40,260 nucleotides of DNA from an uncultured bacterium (GTDB lineage: Bacteria; Fidelibacterota; Marinisomatia; Marinisomatales; TCS55), in contig CAYVNB010000002.1 of assembly GCA_964452665.1 (NCBI GenBank), positions 1 to 40,260 on the forward strand, written 5' to 3'. Below, piece after piece: positions 29,733 through 37,372 of this stretch. The notes below the pieces were generated by a model. That model made no database searches and was not told the origin of the DNA. It saw only the letters and a list, made by a program, of their open reading frames with translations. The position numbers and the translations under genes are program-made. Position 1 is the first letter of the stretch; each line of letters opens with the position of its first letter.

Positions 29733-29854
29733 TTTTTCTCCGAATCATAATGAAGAAGTAAATGGGAATAGGGGGATTCTTCCAAGAGATAATCGGATCA
29801 ATTGTTTCATCTGCAATCCTACCTTATTTTCCTGATAGAGGAATACAAGGTTTC

Positions 29855-30667
29855 ATGAGAATTGCTTTAATACAACAATACGCTTCTGAGGATATTGAAG
29901 CCAATATCCAGCGCGGATTAGACAATCTGGACAAAGCGGCGGCTCAAGGTGCAGAGGTGGCTGTCTTTGCGGAACTGGCCTTCACACGATTCTACCCCCA
30001 ATATTTGGCCGAAGGAGATGTATCCCATTTGGCAGAACCGGTTCCCGGCCCCACAACAGAAAAATTCATGGCGAAAGCTAAAGCACATAATATGGTGGTC
30101 ATCATCAATTTATTTGAATTGGACAATGGAAAAACTTACGATTCATCTCCGGTGATTGATGCGGACGGCACCTTGCTAGGTACCACCCGAATGGTCCATG
30201 TGGCAGACTATGAATGCTTTTATGAAAAAAGCTATTATGCTGAAGGCAACCATGGTGCCCCTGTCTATAACACAGCGAGGGGAAAGATTGGTGTGGCCAT
30301 TTGTTACGACCGTCATTATCCGGAATTTATGCGTGCATTGGGCGTAAATGGGGCAGAGGTGGTGGTCATCCCCCAGGCCGGTACCGTGGGGGAATGGCCC
30401 GGTGGGCTCTACGAAGCGGAATTGCAAGTGGCTTCTTTTCATAATGGTTATTTTTGCGCCTTAGCCAATCGTGTGGGTAAAGAAGATCAAATGGAATTTG
30501 CCGGTGAATCGATCATCACAAATCCGGAAGGAAAGGTAATTGCCCAAAGTCCTGCCAGTGTGGATGATATTTTGATCCATGATCTGGATCTATCTGAAGT
30601 ACCCCGTTCCCATGCCAGAACCATGTTCTTCCGTGACAGACGCCCCGACATTTACCCTTTGAGTTAA
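29855..30667 (+). CDS. Carbon-nitrogen hydrolase (nitrilase superfamily)
   Basis: I prefer the start at ATG 29855 (MRIALIQQ..., typical for the family). Motifs VFAELAF (Glu) and KIGVAICYDRHYPE (Cys) are present. Confidence 0.85.
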   Translation: MRIALIQQYASEDIEANIQRGLDNLDKAAAQGAEVAVFAELAFTRFYPQYLAEGDVSHLAEPVPGPTTEKFMAKAKAHNMVVIINLFELDNGKTYDSSPVIDADGTLLGTTRMVHVADYECFYEKSYYAEGNHGAPVYNTARGKIGVAICYDRHYPEFMRALGVNGAEVVVIPQAGTVGEWPGGLYEAELQVASFHNGYFCALANRVGKEDQMEFAGESIITNPEGKVIAQSPASVDDILIHDLDLSEVPRSHARTMFFRDRRPDIYPLS

Positions 30668-30668
30668 T

Positions 30669-31310
30669 ATGACTGAATACCCTAGACTTTATTCATTCCG
30701 CCGGTGACCCTGGGCCATGCGCGCCAGGATGGCGTTATCCTATGCTGACATCAAAGTAGAATTACGAGAAGTCCTTTTATCTGATCGGCCAAAAGAACTC
30801 TATGATGCCTCACTCAAGGGAACCGTCCCTGTGCTGCAACTCGCTGATGGGATGGTCATTGATGAGAGTTTTGATATTATGGTGTGGGCCTTAAATCAGA
30901 CAGATACGGATTGGAAAGATCTGGATTTAGATAAACAATTAGCAATAATAAAAATAAATGATGAAGATTTCAAACCATGGTTGAATAAGTATAAATACCA
31001 TATTCGTCATCCGGATCATCCACGGAAATATTACCAAGAAAAATGTGATGAGACCCTTTCCCCGTATGAATCTGTTTTGAATGACAGCCACTACCTCATG
31101 GGAGATAAGTCCCAGTGGGCCGATGTGGCAATCCTCCCATTCGTTCGTCAATTTGCCCATGTGGACCTGCCCTATTTCGAATCGGCCTATCCAAAATTAG
31201 ATCGATGGCTGAATGAGTGGAAAACATCAGATCTATTTCAGTCCATCATGAAAAAATATATACAATGGCAACCCGATCATAACCCCCTCATCGTTTCATT
31301 TGGGTCTTGA
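30669..31310 (+). CDS. Glutaredoxin-like GST N-domain family protein; candidate selenoprotein with in-frame UGA at 30705-30707 (conventional call 30717-31310)
   Basis: The frame reads MTEYPRLYSFRR-UGA-PWAMRARMAL... and continues into the called ORF. The body has SPKGTVPVL-like and LPFVRQFA motifs of this GST-like family. ATG 30669 lies 1 nt after the upstream stop (TAAtATG). Confidence 0.5.
30708..30741 (+). promoter_or_regulatory. Candidate SECIS-like hairpins downstream of the in-frame UGA
   Basis: Hairpin 1 pairs CCUGG (30709-30713) with CCAGG (30724-30728), extendable by GC/GC with one bulge, with loop CAUGC. Hairpin 2 is AGGAU (30726-30730)-GGCGUU-AUCCU (30737-30741). The two are mutually exclusive, and I have not evaluated either energetically. 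Confidence 0.3.
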
Positions 31311-31330
31311 TCTTGCCGTAATTTCTGGGA

Positions 31331-32377
31331 ATGAAAAAAGAAGTTTTATACAATAAAAAGAGCCGTGAGCTTCTCATGGCTGAATTACAGGCTGAATCCT
31401 TTGAGCGGATCACCTGTTCTTTTTATCGCTATATCAATATTGATAATCCAATAGCCCTTCGGGATGATCTCTACCGGGAATGGTCTTCCCTCAATATTTT
31501 TGGCCGAATTTATCTCGCCATAGAGGGAATCAATGCTCAGTTTAGTTGTCCTAAACAAAATTGGGACGCATTCAAAGCCAATCTGTCATCTCGTGAAATC
31601 TTGAAAGATATGAACTTAAAAGTTGCCTTACAGGATGGGGAATCATTCTATAAGCTCACGATCAAAATTAAAGATGAAATTGTAGCATACGGTGTTAGAG
31701 AGGATGAATATGAAATGTCCAAAGTAGGCCACCATCTATCTGCAGAAGCCTTTAATGAAAAACTCGCCGATGAAAATACGTTAGTGGTTGATATGCGAAA
31801 TTATTATGAAAGTGAAGTGGGCCGATTTGAAAATTCCATTATCCCTGATGTCGATACATCACGAGAGCTCCTACCCGAAGTGAAACGCCTTTTACAAGGC
31901 CATGAGCAGGATGAAGTTTTACTTTATTGTACCGGGGGCATCCGCTGCGAAAAGGCCAGTGCCTATCTCATTAACAGCGGCTTTGAGAAAGTAAATCAGC
32001 TAAATGGGGGTATTATCCAATATGCCCATGATGTGAAAGAAGAGGAGTTGGATTCTAAATTTATTGGCAAAAATTTTGTTTTTGATGCCCGCATGGGAGA
32101 ACGGGTGACCAATGATGTGATCGGTAAATGCCATCAGTGCGGAGTGCCTGCAGATCGCCATCTCGATTGCGGCAACGAATCCTGCCATATTTTATTTATC
32201 CAATGTGATGACTGTAATCAACAATACGACGGTTGCTGTTCTGCAGAATGCCAGGAATTTGCCGCATTGCCAGTTGAGGAACAGCAGATGTTACGGAAAG
32301 ATCCAGAGAAGGTGGTCTCAAACGCACGATATTCCAGCCGAATCAAACCGAAGCTGACTGAAATCAATCAATCGTAA
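31331..32377 (+). CDS. trhO: Rhodanese-domain tRNA uridine(34) hydroxylase (UPF0176/YceA family)
   Basis: It has the rhodanese active-site loop LLYCTGGIRCEKASAYL and a C-terminal Cys-rich tail, CHQCG...C..C...C..C. Confidence 0.85.
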   Translation: MKKEVLYNKKSRELLMAELQAESFERITCSFYRYINIDNPIALRDDLYREWSSLNIFGRIYLAIEGINAQFSCPKQNWDAFKANLSSREILKDMNLKVALQDGESFYKLTIKIKDEIVAYGVREDEYEMSKVGHHLSAEAFNEKLADENTLVVDMRNYYESEVGRFENSIIPDVDTSRELLPEVKRLLQGHEQDEVLLYCTGGIRCEKASAYLINSGFEKVNQLNGGIIQYAHDVKEEELDSKFIGKNFVFDARMGERVTNDVIGKCHQCGVPADRHLDCGNESCHILFIQCDDCNQQYDGCCSAECQEFAALPVEEQQMLRKDPEKVVSNARYSSRIKPKLTEINQS

Positions 32378-32592
32378 TGAACGTACCAGAAGGGCCGTTC
32401 ATAATATTGGCGAAATGGCCGCCCCACAATGGCTGTATAAATCCATCCCGCCAGCCAAAAAGCAATCACTGCTGGTAGAATAATATTGATCAATATGGAA
32501 AATACGCCCAGCACAAATAAAAGGGCGAAAGGTAATATCACCGCCATACTGATATAAGGATGTTTCAGCATAAATTGTTGCAGTTTATTCAT
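32368..32592 (-). CDS. Small hypothetical membrane protein (two predicted TM helices)
   Basis: The 74-aa product has hydrophobic stretches ISMAVILPFALLFVLGVFSILINIILPAVIAFWLAGWIY. Its 3' end overlaps the trhO 3' end by 10 nt. Confidence 0.5.
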   Translation of the reverse strand: MNKLQQFMLKHPYISMAVILPFALLFVLGVFSILINIILPAVIAFWLAGWIYTAIVGRPFRQYYERPFWYVHYD

Positions 32593-32765
32593 AATGGTTC
32601 TTTTTAATTATCATCAAGCAAAAACTATGCTAATCACCATAAATTGCCAAATTGGTTTCAGGATATGACGGTTTGGCAGGTGGGTGATAGTTTCTTCTTC
32701 ATTTTCATTCGTCGGTAATTTAGTTTCTCCACCCCAGTAAACCATTTCATTTGAGGAGGAAAAGA

Positions 32766-35018
32766 ATGAAATATAATTTTATAGGATTACTTTTGATTAT
32801 ATCGGCTTGCGGACAGCCGCCTGCAGTGGAGACTCGCGATCCAAAAATAGAACAAGTATCTACATTTGATGTGGCCTTAGATGTAGCCACCCAGCGCGAT
32901 TTGGAATCCCGATTCGACCAAGTATTGAATCCGCAAAATTTAAACGACTGGATGAAGCATATGTCATCTAAACCACATCATGTGGGTTCGCCCTGGAGCA
33001 AACAGAATGCGGAATTTGCGGCCAAATTATTTGAATCCTGGGGATTTGAATCAGAGATTGAGACATTCGATGTAATGGTTCCATTTCCAAAGATTCGGAA
33101 ACTGGAATTGGTGGCACCCAAAAAGGTTACGCTTCAATTGCATGAGCCGGCATTGAAAGAAGATGCCACTTCAGGAATTACAAAAGATGTATTGCCCGGT
33201 TATAATGCATTTTCTGCCGATGGAAATGTGACTGCAGAATTGGTTTTTGTGAATTATGGCATTCCAGCGGACTATGAAGAACTGGCACGGATGGGAATCG
33301 ATGTGAATGGCAAGATTGTATTGGCGAAGTATGGCGGTTCATGGCGGGGGATTAAACCGAAAGTGGCTTATGAACAAGGGGCCATCGGTTGTATAATGTA
33401 TTCCGATCCAAAAGATGACGGATATGTGAGGGGAGATGTATACCCCAAAGGTCCGTTTAGAATGGAACATGGTATCCAGCGTGGATCAGTTTTAGATATG
33501 CCCATGTATCCCGGTGATCCATTAACGCCGGGTTATGGTGCCAAGGGTGATGTAGAACGGCTTTCAATTGAGGATGCGCCGACAATTATGAAAATTCCAG
33601 TGATGCCCATTTCTTACGCGGATGCATTGCCCTTGCTGAAAGCGTTGGAAGGTCCTGTGGCGCCGGATAATTGGAAAGGGGGCTTAGCCATCACCTACCA
33701 TGTAGGGCCGGGTCCAGCGAAAGTGAATCTCCACTTGGAATTTGAATGGAAATTGCGGACGGCATATAATCCCGTAGCGCGGATGAAAGGTTCTGTATAT
33801 CCTGATGAGTGGATTATGCGGGGTAACCACCATGATGGTTGGGCCCAAGGGGCAGCGGATCCCATCAGTGGTATGGTTGCTCTTATGGAGGAAGCCAGGG
33901 CCATTGGCGAATTGGTGAAGACTGGATGGCGGCCAAAACGAACCTTAATTTATGCAGGGTGGGATGCGGAAGAGCCTGCATTACTTGGATCAACAGAATG
34001 GGTGGAATACCATCGGGATGATATTCGAGAAAAAATGGTAGCCTATATCAATACGGATGGAACCGGTGTAGGATTTTTAGGTGTAGGGGGGTCTCATGCT
34101 TTAGAAAAATTTGTTAATGAAGTCGTATCTGAAGTGCGGGATCCTATTCAAAATGTGACTCTTCAGGATCGTCTTCGAGCTCGCCTTCGTGTGAATGGGG
34201 ATAAAGATTCAGAGCGGGATGACCTGCGCATCTATCCATTGGGTGCGGGATCAGATTATACAGCATTCATTCACCATGCAGGTGTCCCCTCACTGAACTT
34301 GGGTTTTGGTGGTGAAAGTAGTGGTGGCTCTTACCATTCGATCTATGATTCATATGACCATTATACCCGATTCAGCGATGGTGATTTTAAATATGGTGTT
34401 ACCCTGGCGAAAGTGAATGGGCGATTGGTTTTGCGTTTGTCTGAATCAGATATTTTACCATTCAGGTTCACCAATATGGCTGAGAATATCAGTACATTCA
34501 TTGAAAGCAATAAAAAATTTGCAGAACTGGTAAAAAAGAAAACAGAACAACGGAATAAGCTTTTAGATCAGAATGCTTATACCATCGCCGGTAATCCTCA
34601 AAAAACATATTTGCCTCCCAATCGTTTAGATGATTTGCCTGCATTTGATTTCAGTCCTTTGGATGGTGCCCACAAACGTTTGGAAGTAAGTGCATGGAAA
34701 TATGAAAAAGCGTTGGCTGGATTACAAAAAAGATCTCTGTCGGCTGAACAAAAATCTCAGATTAATCGGTTATTAAAGGATGTAGAACAGGCCATGACCC
34801 ATCCGGATGGCTTACCCCGTCGTCCATGGTTCCAAAATATGATCTATGCACCAGGCTTTTATACCGGATATGGCGTGAAAACTCTTCCCGGAATCCGTGA
34901 AGGATTGGAAGAGCGGAATTGGGACGAAGTGCATAAATATATTGAAGAAGTGGCTAAAGCACTGGATCGCGCATCGGTAAAGATCAATGCAGCCATCCAG
35001 ATTTTAGAGGGGAGTTAA
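32766..35018 (+). CDS. M28 metallopeptidase, glutamate carboxypeptidase II / transferrin-receptor-like (PA + M28 + TfR-dimer domains), lipoprotein
   Basis: The start is ATG 32766 with AGGAGG 6 nt upstream; the ORF-track TTG at 32751 overlaps that RBS. The signal peptide carries the lipobox IISACG. Motifs RGNHHDGW, WDAEEPALLGSTEW, GAGSDYTAF and YHSIYD are present. Confidence 0.88.
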   Translation: MKYNFIGLLLIISACGQPPAVETRDPKIEQVSTFDVALDVATQRDLESRFDQVLNPQNLNDWMKHMSSKPHHVGSPWSKQNAEFAAKLFESWGFESEIETFDVMVPFPKIRKLELVAPKKVTLQLHEPALKEDATSGITKDVLPGYNAFSADGNVTAELVFVNYGIPADYEELARMGIDVNGKIVLAKYGGSWRGIKPKVAYEQGAIGCIMYSDPKDDGYVRGDVYPKGPFRMEHGIQRGSVLDMPMYPGDPLTPGYGAKGDVERLSIEDAPTIMKIPVMPISYADALPLLKALEGPVAPDNWKGGLAITYHVGPGPAKVNLHLEFEWKLRTAYNPVARMKGSVYPDEWIMRGNHHDGWAQGAADPISGMVALMEEARAIGELVKTGWRPKRTLIYAGWDAEEPALLGSTEWVEYHRDDIREKMVAYINTDGTGVGFLGVGGSHALEKFVNEVVSEVRDPIQNVTLQDRLRARLRVNGDKDSERDDLRIYPLGAGSDYTAFIHHAGVPSLNLGFGGESSGGSYHSIYDSYDHYTRFSDGDFKYGVTLAKVNGRLVLRLSESDILPFRFTNMAENISTFIESNKKFAELVKKKTEQRNKLLDQNAYTIAGNPQKTYLPPNRLDDLPAFDFSPLDGAHKRLEVSAWKYEKALAGLQKRSLSAEQKSQINRLLKDVEQAMTHPDGLPRRPWFQNMIYAPGFYTGYGVKTLPGIREGLEERNWDEVHKYIEEVAKALDRASVKINAAIQILEGS

Positions 35019-36545
35019 ATGATTAAAAGGATCTTAATTACACTTATTATTGTTTCTTGTGGACTCTTTGCCAATGAGCCCAAATCGGTTAAGGCAACCC
35101 AAAAGTGGGTGAAGAAAAATGGATATAAGATCATCCATGATTTTAAAACTTTGTTATCAATCCCCAATGTAGCTGCGGATAGGGCGAATATCCGAAAGAA
35201 TGCAGAATACATTAGCGAGCTGTTTCAATCGCGAGGCTTCGATATGCAGCTGCTTAAAGTGGATGGAGCCAATCCCATTATATATGGTGAATTAAAGAGG
35301 CCGGGAGCCACACGGACATTATGTTTTTATGTCCACTACGATGGCCAACCTGTGGATGAAACTAAATGGGAGCACGCCCCATTCGAACCGGTATTGTATA
35401 GTGGTCCAATGGATGGAGGTGGAAAGCCAATCCCCTTCCCTGAAAAGCGAACAAAGATCAATTCGGAGTGGAGATTATATGGCCGTTCGGCCGGAGATGA
35501 TAAAGCGCCAGTTATAACTATTTTGAATGCGGTAGATGCCCTGAATGCATCCGATATCGGTATAACATCAAATATTAAGTTATTTTTTGAAGGGGAAGAA
35601 GAAGCGGGTTCTACAAACCTGAAGGCTCACCTTTCCAAATATCGAGAATTGCTGGATGATATAGATATTTGGCTCTTTTGCGATGGTCCCATGCACCAAA
35701 GCCGCCAGCCCCAATTGGTATTTGGCGTCCGCGGTGTGACGGGTATGGAAGTCACTGTTTATGGTGCAAGCCGGTCTCTCCATAGTGGCCATTATGGAAA
35801 CTGGGCGCCGGTACCGGGGCAGACCCTGTCCCATTTGATTGCATCAATGAAGGATGAAGAAGGGAATGTATTAATCGACGGATTTTATGATACGATGGAA
35901 CCACTTTCTGAATTTGAACGGCTGGAATTGAGTAAAATCCCCGATGTAGACGTGGGACTGAAAAAGGAATTGGGCTTGGCTTACACAGAGGGAGGTGGCC
36001 AATCCATCAATGAACGATTGTTATTACCCTCTCTGACAATCAAGGGTCTCACTAGTGGTAATGTGGGCGCAAAAGCACGAAATGTAATACCCAACTCTGC
36101 CACGGTTGCAATTGGTGTGAGGTTGGTGAAAGGCAATAAACCCGAAGATATGCTAGATAAGGTAGAAGCCCATATCCAAAAACAGGGATTTCACATTGTC
36201 TATAATGATCCGGATATGGCCACGCGGGAGAAATATCCAAAAATAGCCAAAGTCGATCGCCGTGGTTCTGGGTATATCGCATCGCGGACGTCCATGGACG
36301 ATCCTTTTGCTCAAGAGATTATTAATGCCACAAGGTCGTTTGTTGGTGATAATTTGATTCTTATGCCGTCTTTGGGGGGATCGCTGCCAATTTATTTATT
36401 CACTGATTATTTGAAAAAACCAGTTATTATTGTCCCCGTGGCAAACCATGATAATAACCAACATGCACCCAATGAAAATCTCAGGATTGCCAATCTCTGG
36501 TATGGAATTGATCTCATGGGCGTTATCCTCACCATGCCGAATTAA
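35019..36545 (+). CDS. Secreted M20 family dipeptidase (CNDP/Dug1-like)
   Basis: A TAAATG junction links it to the M28 gene, and it has a signal peptide. Motifs YVHYDGQP, GRSAGDDKAP, FEGEEEAGS and HAPNENL are present. Confidence 0.85.
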   Translation: MIKRILITLIIVSCGLFANEPKSVKATQKWVKKNGYKIIHDFKTLLSIPNVAADRANIRKNAEYISELFQSRGFDMQLLKVDGANPIIYGELKRPGATRTLCFYVHYDGQPVDETKWEHAPFEPVLYSGPMDGGGKPIPFPEKRTKINSEWRLYGRSAGDDKAPVITILNAVDALNASDIGITSNIKLFFEGEEEAGSTNLKAHLSKYRELLDDIDIWLFCDGPMHQSRQPQLVFGVRGVTGMEVTVYGASRSLHSGHYGNWAPVPGQTLSHLIASMKDEEGNVLIDGFYDTMEPLSEFERLELSKIPDVDVGLKKELGLAYTEGGGQSINERLLLPSLTIKGLTSGNVGAKARNVIPNSATVAIGVRLVKGNKPEDMLDKVEAHIQKQGFHIVYNDPDMATREKYPKIAKVDRRGSGYIASRTSMDDPFAQEIINATRSFVGDNLILMPSLGGSLPIYLFTDYLKKPVIIVPVANHDNNQHAPNENLRIANLWYGIDLMGVILTMPN

Positions 36546-36550
36546 TTAAT

Positions 36551-36712
36551 ATGATTGGAAGAAAAATAATTCCCCTCTCACGCCTACGCTCACGGTATGA
36601 GCGGGTAAACAAAAGAGGGATGTCCTTTTATTGGGAGATAAAATACCTGATGACCATGGCCTTTGCCGTAGGAAAGCGGAGCCAGATTTATCGAATAAAG
36701 GTCAGTAGTTAA
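36551..36712 (+). CDS. Uncalled 53-codon basic ORF (MIGRKIIPLSRLRSRYERVNKRGMSFYWEIKYLMTMAFAVGKRSQIYRIKVSS)
   Basis: The ATG lies 5 nt after the M20 stop, and its TAA overlaps the next gene's ATG (TAATG). I see no SD and recognise no family, so this is a low-confidence call. Confidence 0.3.
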   Translation: MIGRKIIPLSRLRSRYERVNKRGMSFYWEIKYLMTMAFAVGKRSQIYRIKVSS

Positions 36713-37359
36713 TGGTGCAGAGATCTGCACTGGTCCTTGGTGCTTCAGGTTTGATTGGGTCTGAAGTATTGAAAGTATGTTTGAATTCAGATCATTATAA
36801 TCGTGTCATTGCGCCGGTTCGTACTACTTTAGGTATGGACCATGGAAAGCTAACCGAAATGGCAATCGATTTTAATATGCCGCCATGGGAAGATTTATTT
36901 CCTGTTGACCATATTTATTGCTGTCTGGGAACGACCATCAAAAAAGCAGGCAGTCAGGGTAATTTTAAAAAGGTAGATCATGATTATCCTTTGGCTTTCG
37001 CCGGTGCGGCCAAAAAATGGAATACATCCGTGTTTAGTATTGTGACTGCCGCGGGATCCAATGCCCGTTCAAAAATATTTTACAATAAAGTAAAGGGGGA
37101 ACTGGAAGACAAATTGAAATCGCTTTACTTGAAAACGACTCTCGTATTTCAGCCATCACTTCTTCTGGGAGAACGTGAGGAATTTCGATTGGGAGAAAAG
37201 ATTGGCGCCGGTATTGCCAAACTCACGGGGTGGATGACACCATTATCCTTTCGAGCAATTTCTGGTCAAAGGGTAGCCCAAACCATGGTGAAAGAAACTT
37301 TGGCTGACAGAACCGGTTTTCACATTATTTTAAATAAAACCATGCACGCAATTGGATAA
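36712..37359 (+). CDS. NAD(P)H-binding atypical SDR (HTATIP2/TIP30-like)
   Basis: The N-terminal motif is ALVLGASGLIGSEV, and the length is 215 aa. Confidence 0.7.
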   Translation: MVQRSALVLGASGLIGSEVLKVCLNSDHYNRVIAPVRTTLGMDHGKLTEMAIDFNMPPWEDLFPVDHIYCCLGTTIKKAGSQGNFKKVDHDYPLAFAGAAKKWNTSVFSIVTAAGSNARSKIFYNKVKGELEDKLKSLYLKTTLVFQPSLLLGEREEFRLGEKIGAGIAKLTGWMTPLSFRAISGQRVAQTMVKETLADRTGFHIILNKTMHAIG

Positions 37360-37372
37360 GGAGGATTCCATC

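Noticed and set aside
29762-29854. A 31-codon N-terminal extension of the C-N hydrolase ORF.
   Set aside because: Family members start at the MRIALIQ-type beta-strand, and the extension has no recognisable features.
30705-30707. The possibility that TGA is reassigned genome-wide (code 4 Trp or code 25 Gly), which would explain the in-frame TGA.
   Set aside because: TGA clearly terminates several well-delimited genes here (ends at 1331, 12217, 39208 and 39995). None of the other genes needs TGA readthrough to reach full length.
35015-35212. A 65-aa minus-strand ORF at the M28/M20 junction.
   Set aside because: It is antisense to the signal-peptide region of the M20 dipeptidase, has no RBS, and is most likely a shadow ORF.
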